Origin: Rhina ancylostomus
Taxonomy: Eukaryota
Assembly (NCBI GenBank): GCA_030265395.1
Contig: JARFYF010000051.1
Span: 29,254,196 to 29,318,195 of the forward strand
Length of the DNA: 64,000 nucleotides
Reading direction: 5' to 3'
Within the stretch, counting starts at the first letter, position 1. Each line of letters starts with the position of its first letter. The translations under genes and the position numbers were made by a program. The notes under the pieces are model-generated. The model did no database searches, was not told where the DNA came from, and saw only the letters and a program-made list of their open reading frames with translations. Below are positions 51,400-64,000 of the stretch, piece after piece.

Positions 51400-51720
51400 T
51401 AGCATCGAGAGCCCCAGATAATTACGCTATTAATATGTCAACTGGAGAATTTCAGATCAATTTAAATTTGGTAAAAAAGCCAGCATTGGTAATAGTGACA
51501 ACCAGATCAAAATAAAATTCTATTGGCTTAACTAATGTCCTCTAAGGAAAGAAATATGCCATCTTTACTGGTTAGATCTGTCTCTGACGTCAGACCTACC
51601 AATGTGGTTAAAGTGTAGCTGTCCTCAGAAATGATCTAGCAAGCCAATCAGGTCAGGTTGCAATTCATGCATAGAGAACATGTGCTAGTCTTGCAAACCA
51701 TGTTGATTTCCTGTGATCAT
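51400..51720 (+). mobile_element. Unclassified tRNA-derived SINE
   Basis: actaatgtcctctaaggaaagaaatatgccatc...aatgtggtt...gaaatgatctagcaagcca. Confidence 0.5.
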
Positions 51721-52706
51721 ATTTTTAAAAAGTTACATCCTACAAAGCTATGGAAAATAGATTCCATCACAGGAGACCAAGGGGAGGTTTCCTTGTTCTT
51801 CACAAAGGCATGAATCATTGTTTGGGCTGTAAAACGGTTGAGAAATTAATGAAAGAAGGTTGTGTGGCAAGTTTTACAGGCAAGCTGCTGACTCATTTCT
51901 CAGGCCTCATAAACTTGTTTATAAACTTTTGAGATAAAGAATAAATCCAATATTTTCCAATTGGTTTCTGCACAAGTTCTTTTTTCCTTCCTTGTACCTC
52001 ATATTCATTACAAATTTTTGGAAGTCAAACAGCAGCATTCTGTCATTTGGGGCAATTCCGTGCTTTGCATGCATATTAAGAAGGTAAACACACTGCACAT
52101 GTTCAGAGTGCCTTTAGGTAACCAAGTTCCAGTCTCTCAGCAGAAATATCAAGTTTAAGCATGGGCTTTTGAAGGAGAATAAAAATTTCAATTCATGTGA
52201 TAAAATACACAAGAGTGGTAAAAGCTGAATGGGTAAAACATTGTGCCTGGCTCTCTATCTCTTTCTCTAATAATGTTTTCATTTATTTTGTTTAAAATCT
52301 TATTATGGGCATTTGAACTTTTAATTACTGAGGAAAAAAATGGCAGTCAGAAATGTGTCAGAAATAGTTCATAATTGGACTCTCATTTTTCCTATTTTTA
52401 ACGCAGTTTCTGACTGATCATTTGGATTGTTTGTCTTAATGTGCCTATTTGCAGTTTTCGAGTTGGTAACCTTGTAATTGATTCTTCAGCTCTGATTTTC
52501 TGTTCTATAATGCCAAAAGTGTGATCATAAAACAGTCAACAAGAAGGGTATGTCACTTGCAAGACCTGTAATGTCTTCAACCATGTATTTTGTGATTTTT
52601 TTTTCCTTTAAACTAGTCTTTTTATTCCGATCCTTGGATTTAAAGGTGGTTGCAAGGTTGAAGGGTTATCTATGCTGTTACAGGACAAGTATGTCTAAGT
52701 TACTAG

Positions 52707-53430
52707 GAACATAAGAAATAGGAGCAGGAGGAGGCCATCTGGCCCATCAAAACTGCTCCGTCATTCAGTAAGATNNNNNNNNNNNNNNNNNNNNNNNNNN
52801 NNNNNNNNNNNNNNNNNNNNNNNNNNNNNNNNNNNNNNNNNNNNNNNNNNNNNNNNNNNNNNNNNNNNNNNNNNTCTGGCCCATCAAAACTGCTCCGTCA
52901 TTCAGTAAGATCATGGCTGATCTGGCTGTGGACTCAGATCCACCTCATCTGCCTTTTCCCCGTAACCCTTAATTCCCCTACTATTATACAAAAATCTATC
53001 TAACTGTGTCTTAAATATATTTAATGAGGTAGCCTCCACTGCTTCTCTGAGCAGAAAGTTCCACAGATTCACTACTCACTGGGAAAGCAGTTTCTACTCA
53101 TCTCTGTCCTAAATCTATTCCCCCGAATCTTGAGGCTCTGTCCCCTGGTGAACCTCCTCTGCACCGCCTCCAAAGCCATTATATCTTTCTTCAAGGAGAC
53201 CAGAACTGCACGCAGTACTCCAGGTGCGGCCTGACCAGTACCCCGTACAGTTACAGCATAACCTCCCTGCTCTTAAATTCAATCCCTCCAGCAATGAAGG
53301 CCAGCATGCCATTTGCCTTCTTGATAACCTGTTGCACCTGCAAACCAATCTTTTGTGATTCGTGCACAAGCACTCCCAAGTCCCTCTGCACATCATGCTG
53401 CATGCAATCTTTCACCATTTAAATAATAAT
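52707..53430 (-). mobile_element. CR1 LINE 3' fragment with N-gap
   Basis: Reverse [19 protein letters not shown]; tail gaacataagaaataggagcaggag. Confidence 0.88.
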
Positions 53431-56069
53431 GCATGTTTTAGAAAGTAGCATTGTTATGGACTTCTGCAAAAAATTGGGTCTGTGCATACTTAAGGCAAGA
53501 ATTAAATAACATAAATATCAATAGCTCAACAAGGAATGGAATTAATTAGAACTGAATTAACTTTGCCACTACTGTGAGCTGAAATAATTTTAGATATAAT
53601 ACCAATTCTCCCCTGCAAAGCAGAAATATGGCTGTGCACCACATACCAAAGCTTAATTTCCCAAGACTCTAACTGCCTGCGTTACTAATCAATTCATGAT
53701 ATGGATTAGACATGCATGCACAGTTCAGCCATGTCATTAATATTGTTTAAATGGACAGCATCAGCAGTAAACGGCAGTACCACCCAAACAGAAACATTTA
53801 TGTATGAGCTGCAATCTATAATTGAAACTCACTCCCTATCATATGATGCCGTGGCGTTATGTGCACAAAATATCATGAGCTCGGAATGTCTGTAATATTT
53901 ATCTGCATAGTCCATTTAGGTGTATCTCCTGAAGCTCTGTAGTCCTTATTTCCTACCAGCAGGTCTAATGGTTCTAATTTAGTCATCACTGAGGTGATAG
54001 CACAAATAGTACCTCCCAAAGGTTTAAGCCCAGAAATTCAGAAAGTACACAGAGGGATATGAAGTTAATGTGGAATTCGTAGGCATGATGGTCAGCATAG
54101 GCACAGTGGACCAAAGGGCCTGTTTCTATGCTGTACAACTCGATGACTCTATGACAGGTCATCAAGCAAGAAATATAAGCCCAGAATTTGATTGCACAGT
54201 TTTTTTTAATGCTACAACATCCAGCTGCAATTTTACCCAGAGTAGATTATGCTGCAGATCATTTCCAGAAACAAAATTGGACTGGGCACTTCTTCATGGC
54301 AGTCATGTTAGCAGGCCTGATGTTTTCCAGGCACCAAATGCCAACATTATTCATGTAATGCACATTTTTCCCCATTACAGTATAAATTGGAGCAGAAAAT
54401 TCCATACTATGACCTCTGTGGAACAGTCCGGGGTGAACAACAAACACATTGTCCCAGTTTTTTCTCGTCATTTAAAGGGACATTCTGCTAACATTGGGAG
54501 ATCTAAGTGAGGACTTTAGAAATGACTGCAGTTTGCTAAAGCATCTTCCAAAATCCAGAGAATATGCTTAATAAACAAGGAATGTTTTATTCAGTGTTGA
54601 GATATTTATTTAATGAGTGCCTCAGTGATAATGCTGCTCATTGCACTCATTACTGGAGACATCACTTTGTTCAATCAGGGTGAGTCAAGTTCCTCAGGCC
54701 AGGAGGCAAAAACATGTCTGTTAGCAAAGTCCTACTCCCACAGACTCTCCACATCCTACCTGGATCTCTTCAATGAACAATATATTCTATTCGTAGTTCA
54801 GTTTCTCCAAGGTTGTTATTGCTGAGATATATGACATTCTACAGGAAGAACCTTCAGCCATTTTTTCATGCCTGACCAGCTTTCTCTTTGGACGGCATGA
54901 TCACATTGACTCTCAGCGCTGTCACTCTTCCATGACAGCACTGCGGTAGTCGCTGGTCTGTGCTATCTAGTGAAATCATAGCTCCAAGTTAATGTTCTCA
55001 TCTGTAGGCTTCTGCTTTGTGCCTCTTTCATTTTCTCTTTCTCATCTCTCATCTCTTAAGTAAGGATATTACAGGAAGGCTCAGAGGGAAGACCATGCTT
55101 AGGATTCTGGAAGAGAAAGGTGGGAAGCCAAGTCATTGAGTCACAACTGTCCGCAATTTTTGTTCACTAACAGTAAAATTATGGACTTTCAAGGATCCAC
55201 CAATGCCAGTCTGCTGAAGATTAAAATCCTGATCCTAAATTGCAAGGGCCTATCCATGTGCACAGACGGATGGGTCAGATCAAGTCCCACCCAAAACATG
55301 GCTGAATATACTTTTACAGTTGGCAAAGCTGCTGTGCATCATTCAAAAACCGTTAAAAATAATTTATAACATATAAACAGGTATTAAAACCTCAGAACTT
55401 GTTTTAAACCATCAGAACCACTAAAGCAAACTTAAATTATTAAAAATAATGTTAGTCATGTTGTGACTACTCTAAATGAATATACGCACTGTTCCTGCGC
55501 CGGTTCTAACTTAGTATGGGTTCAACAAGCCTGATGAGGTACAGCAGCAAATTTTAGCTCAATTGCTGCTGTATCTCATCAGTTACATCAAAGTGCCACT
55601 GGGAAATTACCGATGGAGCATGTCCAATATAATTGGGATTTTGGTGTTCAAGCTGGAGTCCTGAGTCCTGATGCTTAATGGTGAAGATGCAGGTACCCTG
55701 GGAAGAAATTGCTGACATTTCCAAGAAACTTCCAACCAACTTAGAGCCGTATCTCTCAACCAACATCAGTTGGACTTCTGAATTAAATGGTGGAATTTCT
55801 GTGTTTGCCTTTGCCCCCAGGATCAGACATTTTATACATGGACCACTTTGAAGGCCAGCAGCCAGCTCAACCAAAGTAACTCAGCTGAATCTGCCTTAAT
55901 GTCCCATAGTCCTCTCCCATTTGAGGGAATTACATCACTTGTAAGTCAGTAAGTTATATCAGATTTTTATCAGGGTCAATAACCTTAAGACTTGTATTGC
56001 AGGTAATAATGGGATCACACTGGTGATTGTTCGGTGCCTATTTATAGTAAATGGGATGTGTATCCCCGG

Positions 56070-56785
56070 TGTCCCCCAAAGGAAAGGTAATTGCCAAGGT
56101 CCTCCTCAATTGCCTCCTTTCAGCAGCCAAAGAATTATTCCTCAACTTGCAGTTTTGATTCTGGCATTCATAGGTACAGTAGATATCATCCCATTCATGC
56201 AACACTTCCAAGAGAAATGCAGGAAATGGCACCAACCATGTATATTGACTTTTTCATGTCACTAAACATTTGATTCCATCAATGGGAGAGACTATAGAGA
56301 GCACTACTCAAGTTTGGCTATCCACAGAAATTCATCGCCCTTGTACATTTGCTTCCTGATGATATGGAAGCCATGATCACTATACAATGGGTCTCCAGCA
56401 AAGCCAATCTCATTGAAAAGCAGGCTGTGTCATTGTCATAACACTTTTCTTTGTCTTTCTCATCACACTACTACATCTCATCTCCAACAAACTTCCTGCA
56501 GGAGTGGAGTTACTCTTCCACTCTTCAGAACTAATGAGAAACTGTTCAACCTGTGCGAGATCATGAAAACCTCAGGTGACACTTGCAACATGCAGGTCAT
56601 ATTTGCATTTATGTGTGCTCGTAGGCCATCATTGACTTGTTCACTGAAGCTTATGAGGAGATATATCTGCAAGATAATGGTCCCCTACCACCCTTTCAAA
56701 AATAAATTTCATGGTGAGATCAGAAATGTAGGGCACAGGTAGCATCTAATTCACCACTGCCTTCAATGTGTCAGCACAGCCACTG
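56070..56785 (+). mobile_element. RTE-clade LINE reverse-transcriptase fragment, decayed
   Basis: GKVIAKVLLNCLL, GTVDII...QHFQEKCRKWHQP, IHHCLQCVSTA. Confidence 0.75.
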
Positions 56786-57154
56786 ACTCTTAAGAATCCC
56801 TGACCGATGACAGCTCAAGGTGGAGAAGGAACATTTGGGATGGTCTAGAGAACCTCATCCTTGAATTGGAAATACACATAAGCTCTGTGTAAATAACAGA
56901 AGTGTAAGACTTCACAAACTGTCCATTTGCCTGCCTTGTGAGAACCCAGAAAACTGGAGTGAAAGCAAGCTATCTTCAATACCAAGGGACTGCCACAGAA
57001 GAGAAGAAAGGGCCCAACAGTATGTTCTTAATTTAATTAGCAAGTTCCCATTGTATGGGAAAGCCACAGAAAAGATAATTGCATAATGAAGATGTTATTT
57101 TATGAACACATGGTAAAACATGAATCAGTAAAAGTTATGTGGTAGACAAGAAGA

Positions 57155-57385
57155 CGAGAGAGACTGAAGATGCTGGAATCTGGAGCAAAAGCAGACCGCT
57201 GGAAGAACTTAGTGGGTCAAGCAGCATTCGTGGAAGCAGAAGGTGCAAGTTGACCCTGCATCACAACTGAGAAGGAAGAAGAAAGACTGACAGTACGTGG
57301 GGGTGGAAGGGTGGGACATATATAACAGCATGAAGCGAGCTGGGATAGAGACTGGTAGGTGATAGGTGGAACTATATTTACCATC
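57155..57385 (-). mobile_element. Penelope-like pLTR remnant
   Basis: gatgctggaatctggagcaaaa...gggtcaagcagcat...gaccctgcatcac. Confidence 0.55.
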
Positions 57386-57592
57386 TATGTTCATTGTGCA
57401 GTTATTTGTTCACAGCTTTCACACAAGATGGAAAAAAATTATTAAATCAGGAAATTATTGCTGGTCCCAAGATTTTGTTTTGGCTTCTAGTTCAGAAAAC
57501 CAAGCTATGACCCATTTACAAAAAAATCTTTTAATTTAACTTGGATTTGTTGTGGTGCCTTTTATTGCTTGTGTAAGTGAAAAGGAAATCAG

Positions 57593-57678
57593 GATCCAAT
57601 TGAGACAGATCTCTCAACTGAGATCCAATTGAGACAGATCCAAAGGAGATAGATCTCTCAATTGAGACAGATCTCTCT
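57593..57678. repeat. Patchwork of direct and palindromic short repeats (aattgagacagatc x3)
   Basis: Direct reading. Confidence 0.85.
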
Positions 57679-58869
57679 TGCAATAACGTCTGTGAAGAAA
57701 TAATGAAGTTAGTGTACAACATATGATTTGTGGATTGCATCCTGTGTTAAATGAGTTTCCAAAGTAAGGCGTTCATTTTGTGTCTCTGTCTGGAACTAAG
57801 GCAATGTTTGTTGGAGTTTCCTGTTATTTAAGAAAACATACGTCACCCTGTCTGAATAGCTCCATCTGCAACCACTCTGTCCCTGTCATACAATAGTTCT
57901 TTTAGTACAGTAGTTATTTCATTGTGACTTTCCATTCTGAAAGTTGAAGTGAACATAGTGCAAAATATTGAAAATCTTTCCTAAAGTTTGTGCAACTCAA
58001 CTTCTGTAGAACATGTAAGCTGAATTCTCAAAATAATATTATATAAAGACAAATATCTTTCTTTTCCTTTTATTCTTTTACCTTTGATTTGTTTCAGTAT
58101 ATTTAAAAATGTCACATTACAGTGGCCAAAATCTAAACATTAGATTATAAATATAGGATATGCATACAGAAGTTTTGTACAGTGCATTCAATTATGCATG
58201 ATCCTAACATTTTGAAATTGACTTTATATTGATTGATTTTATATTAAAATAAAAGATTGGAATCACAATGTAGTGCAGAATTGAGTTAGAATACAAAATG
58301 AATTCAACAAATTGAGCTACCTGTCTGAGGTAAGCCTTGGAAAAGAGTCGGCGTGCAAGCTGACACCAGCCAATTGCAAATGAGGAAGACACATTGATTA
58401 GAAATCTACCCCTATAATGTGTGCTTTCTGAGCACAATTACAGCATGGTAACCATACACGACTAAGCCCCCACTGCTGTAACTGTACAATGGATGGTATT
58501 TGCTTGTGCTGGGTGCTACTGGCCATCGGTGTTTATGATTGGATCCGCAAATCAGCCAAGGGAGTTTTCCCACTTCCAGATTTTCTGGCTGGGAGATATA
58601 GACTGTAATCTCTGGGCTAAGTCTTCTGCAAGGTTGCTTCTGGACTCCTGATGTTCATTGAAATGGTATTTAATCTTTCTGGCAGACCTATGCATGTTCA
58701 ACAGCTTTCTTCTCAAAGCTATTCATTGAAGTTGTCACTTGAGTTTTCTGTGGCAGACCTCATGTAACTTCAGCCCATGCAGAGCTGGTACCTGCTCTAT
58801 ATTTTCCCTTGCCCTGCCTGAAGGCAACACCTACCTATTTGCCTCACCTCATTAAGAAGCCATCCAGAA

Positions 58870-59005
58870 GCCACTGAGTCTCGATGCAGGGCCTCAACCC
58901 AAAACGCAACAATCCCTTTCTTCCATAAGATGCTGTTCGACCCACTGAGTTCCTTTGGCAAATTGTTTGTTGCTCCAGATTTCAGCATATGCAGTCTCTT
59001 GTGCC
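58870..59005 (+). mobile_element. Penelope-like pLTR remnant
   Basis: gagtctcgatgcagggcctcaacccaaaacg...gatgctgttcgacccactgagttc...tgctccagatttcagcat. Confidence 0.6.
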
Positions 59006-60929
59006 CCTCTTATGACTGAGTCGTGTGCAAGGTGTGAGGCTCATGAATGTTAGGTACAAGTTTTGATGGAAAGAGATTGTTGATTGGTGAGTGATGGAGG
59101 TGTGAAGGATTGGTCGTGGCTGCAGCGTTTTCAATGGGATACAGACTTGGGGATGATTTTGTGGACCTTGCTTATGGGATTATTGAATAATTTGCAGAAC
59201 TGCATTCAGGCCCATGGAACTTGATCCCTGGGGTTGACAGCCACGATTTTATCCTCCTACAGTCTTTGCAATGTGTGGCTGGAGAACTTCCTGGCCCGTG
59301 CAGTGGCAGGAAATCTCTCTGCCTTTGCATTTCCATCAGGGCCTGCAGTGCTGAGTCTGAGAATAGTGGAGAATGTTATCACTTAATCTGTACTATTCCC
59401 ATGTCTTCCAGGTCAAACTGAATTCCAGGATGTCTGCCAGCACCTGCCACAGCCACAATGGGCCTCCATGAAATGTAGTGTGAGAGCATGTGGGTTCCTG
59501 TTGACTTAAAGTTACAGACTCAAGCTTCACATTAAGGTGAGATTTATTATATTCTTGAAATACAAAGAAAAAACTTTACAAAGGCATTACGTTATTTCTG
59601 ATGGTTGGCATGAGTATCCATGCTCCTCATCTCTTTGAGGACATAAGATATCTTTATTAGTCGCATGTACATAGAAACACACAGTGAAATGCGAGACAGA
59701 GCTTCCACCCGTTCTTGCATGCTTCCTTGATTGTCATCAGTTTTCTCAAATGTGTCGGGAAACATCCTAAATTTCATTTAAATCCCCCTCAGTTTACCAA
59801 TCTGTTGCCCTTGTGTGGAATTGGCCTGACCACTCACAATTCCTTTGGTCTGTAGTTCCCAGTCTCTGTTCAATTGCTTCTGGTTACAGTTAACCGTGAT
59901 CTGATTAAATCGCGAAGCAGGCTCGAGGGGTTGAGTGGCTTGCTCGGCCCCTAATTAATATGTTCATATGTTTTTCCAACGCTATATTCAGAACCCATTC
60001 CCTTTCTGTTTTTCCTGTATATCTCTGATACCGTGACCAAATCCTCATATCCCCTGGTCTCTGCCAAAAGAATGACCATAACAGGTTTGGTCTGGTTTCT
60101 CTTTGTTTGTAGTCATTTTAAATAACAAAGAGGCAATTGATTGCATTAGCAGTTACTGCATAGTAAGGCTACTTTACAAAAGGTATTTGCATATTTTCTC
60201 AGTTCTGCAACATTTCCTCAGGTGATTACAAGACCAAAGATCCTTAATTACATTTAACAGAAACACCCCTGTGTTAAGGTTTAATACCGGCTACACAATT
60301 CTTCGATCCTGAGTTTATTTAGTCAAGCTTTCTATCATGCTCTATGATTACAATTTTCAAGTAAAAACAAGGGCGAGTTATTTGGTGCTATGAGTGACAC
60401 TAACCACTCGTGATATTGAGACTCTGCTGAGGGCATGCCACTAATGAACCATACAGGCAGTGTCAGTTGTGCCAGCAGCCATGCACAGGAAAAGGTAGTA
60501 GGCCAATTCTACATTGTCTGCTCAAATGCATGATTGTTGTTGGCTGCATGCCTTGGCAAGGAGCCCATTGCAGGCAGCACAATGTTGGCAGACTCCTTGC
60601 ATTGTAAAAACTTGTGTGTTGAAATCCTTGTGCCTGTTTCAACGGCCATCCAGTCCAGCCCACCTCCCCCCACCCCCTCATTATTTCATATCCCTGACAG
60701 GTTGTTTTTGAAATGAGCTGAATTTCTTGTTTATTTGGGATTGATATGTGACACAGGAAAATGGGAAAAAACAAATTGTTTTAAAACAGAACACTATCAT
60801 ACGGTATTTCAAGTTCAAGTGTATTGCCATAGGCATATATACCCAGGGAATAAATGCCATGAAAATGAGCTGCTTGTATTTCATAGCTACTGGGGGAAAG
60901 TGGACCNNNNNNNNNNNNNNNNNNNNNAA

Positions 60930-62240
60930 AGCCAAAGAGGGAAGGAGTGAGAAGAAATGACCGAAGGTCTGGCCGGTGATGTGTGCTTTAATTAGATTTA
61001 CTGGTGGAGGGGAAGGTGGCCAGTCAGAGATTTAGGGGGGTAGGTTTTGAGGATGGGACTGAAGCTGGTACCATGCAGGGTGAAGACAAGGAAGGCAATA
61101 TACATGGGACTCAAATCAGACAGATGTTATTTGGGAAGAGAGGCATGGGTTGGGGATATTATCCAGGTAAGGAGGAGCCTGTGTTAAACATTGCTAGTGT
61201 GGGGAGCAGGAGCCAACTGAAGTCATAGAAATGGCAGGGCGATCATACTGGGCTAAAGGCAGATTAACACCAGGTAAGAAGAAATTTGAATGTCTTGCAC
61301 ATTATCCAGGATAAGAGGACATCAAAGAAACCACTGGAGTAATCAGAATCAGATTTATTATCACTGACATATGACATGAAATCTGTTGTTATGTGGCAGC
61401 AGTACAGTGCAAAGGCATAAAAATCCATAAATTACAAAAATAAATAAATAATGCAGAAGAAAAGGAATAATGAGTTCCTTCCAGTGTTCATGGGTTCATG
61501 GATCATTCAGAAATCTGATGGCAGACAGGAAGAAGCTGTTCCTGAATCATTGAGTTTGGATCTTCGGGCACCTGTACCTCCTCCCTGATGGTAGTAATGA
61601 GATGAAGGCATGCCAGATGCTGAGGGCCCTGAATGATGGATGCTGCCTTCTTGAGGTACTGCGTCTTGAAGATGTCCTCCACAGTGGGGAGGGTTGTGCC
61701 CGTGATGGAGCTGGCTGAGTCTACAACCCTCTGCAGCCTCTTACGATCCTGCACATCGGAGCCTCCATACCAGGCTGTGATGCAACCAGTGAGAATGCTC
61801 TCCACTGTACATCTGTAGAGATTTGCAAGATTCTTTGGTGATATGCCAAATCTCCAGAAACTCCTAACAAGCAGAGCCACTGGCGTGCCTTCTTCATGAT
61901 TGCATCAATGTGTTGGGTCCAGGATAGATCCTCTGAAATGTTGATGCCCAGGAACTTGAAGCTGCTCACCCTTTCCACCACTGACCCCAAAGTCAGAGTA
62001 ACTGACTTTGGAAATGACAAAAATATGAGTGTTTCAGCAGTGAACGGATTGAGGTAAGGGTGGTGGATGTTACTGTGATAGAATAAGGACTTGAACAATG
62101 AAGACAATGTGGAGTCAGAAACACAGCTTGGACTCGAGCAAGAAATGGAGGACAAGAACAGTTTGTCCAGTCCGGGGCAATAGAATGATGAAGGAACAAA
62201 GCTTGTGCTGTAACAGAAGGCAATGGTTTTAATCTTCTTA
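60930..62240 (-). mobile_element. Decayed L2-like LINE interrupted by a Rex1/Babar insertion
   Basis: FYHSNIHHPYLNPFTAETLI resembles L2 FHLRNIARLRPxLSxxxAETLI; continuation left of the insertion is less certain. Confidence 0.5.
61343..61995 (-). mobile_element. Rex1/Babar-like LINE, 5'-truncated
   Basis: VERVSSFKFLGINISEDLSWTQHIDAIMKKARQ; LYRCTVESILTGCITAWYG; (ttctga)n tail; candidate TSD gagtaa at 61337 and 61996. Confidence 0.9.
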
Positions 62241-63359
62241 CCATTCATGTGGGAGGGTGGCACAATATAAAGAAAAAGAAAACAGAGAAAAGAATATAAA
62301 TAAAGGAGTATTGCCCTGAAGTATGCCTAGAGGCATTATTTGAATATTTAGTTTCCGTGTGGGCGGTTTCACAATGGAAGTACTGTAGTTTTTGCTAATG
62401 TTTTCCATAGTTACCTCAGTAGTGCACTCCATTCAATAGCTTTCTATGTTTTATGATAAATATGTATTTCTCGGTAATATGTATTTCGCTTTCTATCTGC
62501 GAACACATTATTACGAGGTCGTAAATCTGAATAATGCCCTTGGGTTTTCTCATGTTTCCAATATAGCTGATCATTCTTCAGATAAGGATATTTTTGAATT
62601 GTATGACACATCTTTCTACTGGAGCATCAGCCTTGTTACGCATTGCCCTTTTCCCTGAACCAGGTAGCTGTAATAAGGACGTGACCTTTGTCGTACTTGC
62701 TGTGCAAAATCAAAGTACCACAGATCTTGGAAACCTGAAGTAAGAGCAGAAAATGCCAGGATTACTAAGTGAGTCAGGCAGCATTTGTGATGGAGAAACA
62801 GAACTTTGAGATGATGTCGCCACTGTGTATCCAGAGAATCTGCATACATTGGATGGCTTGTTATGGAAATTATATCCTCAGTTAGCTGTAGCTTGGGATG
62901 GAAATGGGGTGGATGGGGCTTAAAGTCACCAAACACATTATAAACAAGCATGTGTGAGCATACAGGTGTAGAATGTTTATTTAAATTGCCTCCTTCAAAA
63001 GCAGTCAGATTTAAATTCCCATGCATAGCCCTGCCCTCATTTAGGCCTATTTTAATGCACTTCATTCACAGGCCTCCGATACACCGACAATTTATGTGCA
63101 AGTGGTATCAAAATAAGTGCAGCACGCCACTTAACACGACCAGTCCTGTCTGTGCACTTCATTTGCAAAGAACGTGAGGAATAAATTTTCAGAAGCTGGT
63201 GACCCTCCCTCAAAGTAATTGTAACAGTCTATTTACAGTTCAATCTCTGAACACCCATGTGAATAGAACCTGCAGAGAGGAGGATGAACATTGATACACC
63301 ATCACTTAAATTCTAGTTTATAACTCTCAGTATAATGCATGTACATCACTGAAGAATGA

Positions 63360-63970
63360 TTAGTTTAGCCCAGAAATGTCTTCAAGTGTGCGGTTAGTCT
63401 GATTACCAAACTTTCCCTTCAGTGGGTGTTGATCACCTGGTTCTTTTGACGTTTATATCCAACAAGACTGTGTTCCAGTCTGGCTTTCATTTGAAGGATG
63501 TGAAACAACATTAACATCCTTGTCCAAGCCAACATCCTCAGCATTGAGGATCTAGTTACTCTCAGTTAGCTACACTGGGCCACTTTGTTAACATGCCGGA
63601 CATCAGTTTACACCCTATTCCCAGCTATGTCTTGGGCAGTCAGACGAAAGAAGTCAAGAATATGGTCAAATCTTCCTTGAAAGAAGTGTTATCTTCCCAC
63701 TGACTCCTGGGAACTGTCCAAAGTGAAGAAGGAGCATGCAGGATGGTATCGAGAACATCAAGGCCATGCATCGGGAGCATGCAGAAGCCCTACATAAGCA
63801 GAGGATGGAGTGCACCACCTCACAAACTACCCACCTGCCTACCCCATCAGCCACCTCCCGCCCCATCTGTGGAATAATCTGTGGTTCCCACATTGACTTC
63901 ATCAGCCCCCTTTGAACCCACAAAACAAAAGAGGAAGCAGGTCATCCCTAATATCAAGGGTCTGCTTAAC
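63360..63970 (+). mobile_element. RTE-clade LINE 3' fragment
   Basis: ANILSIE..., IENIKAMHREHAEAL...PICGIICGSHIDFISPL (decayed C-terminal zinc finger). Confidence 0.7.
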
Positions 63971-64000
63971 AATTGCGGAAGAATGTCCGCACCTAAATCT

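Noticed and set aside
52738-52911. Identical ~37-nt sequence on both sides of the 100-N gap
   Set aside because: Most likely a contig-overlap scaffolding artefact, not a tandem duplication
57593-57678. CRISPR-like repeat-spacer pattern
   Set aside because: Vertebrate DNA, irregular spacers made of the same motifs, no cas genes
49450-64000. Possible 3' exons of lamb4, the usual upstream neighbour
   Set aside because: No coiled-coil-like exons recognised; ORFs here are repeat-derived or chance

Overview
Vertebrate genomic DNA, AT-rich with 8 N-gaps. The repeat content (V-SINE, DeuSINE-like, CR1, Rex1/Babar, RTE, L2, Penelope-like pLTR remnants) points to a cartilaginous fish, probably an elasmobranch (inference). 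The minus strand carries the 5' two-thirds of laminin subunit beta-1 (lamb1): a CpG-rich promoter at ~49150-49420, ATG at 49146, and 23 phase-consistent coding exons down to 18568. These total 3379 nt and encode the signal peptide, LN domain, LE repeats, LF/IV-B domain and further LE repeats. The coiled-coil exons lie beyond the left edge, after an intron of >18.5 kb. Most interesting: (1) a candidate Cys-containing cassette exon in that intron (920-1002, or a 27-nt version 920-946) encoding ...DCGDLVGRL, plus other exon-like units that could give short-arm-only beta-1; (2) a GC-AG intron right after the LN-domain exon, whose read-through would give a LaNt-like LN-only protein; (3) many decayed hammerhead-ribozyme-like cores in Penelope-type repeats, several sharing a CUGAUGC variant; (4) templated-insertion scars and a 20-bp-stem hairpin. 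49450-64000 looks intergenic. Repeat family names and boundaries are by eye and approximate.
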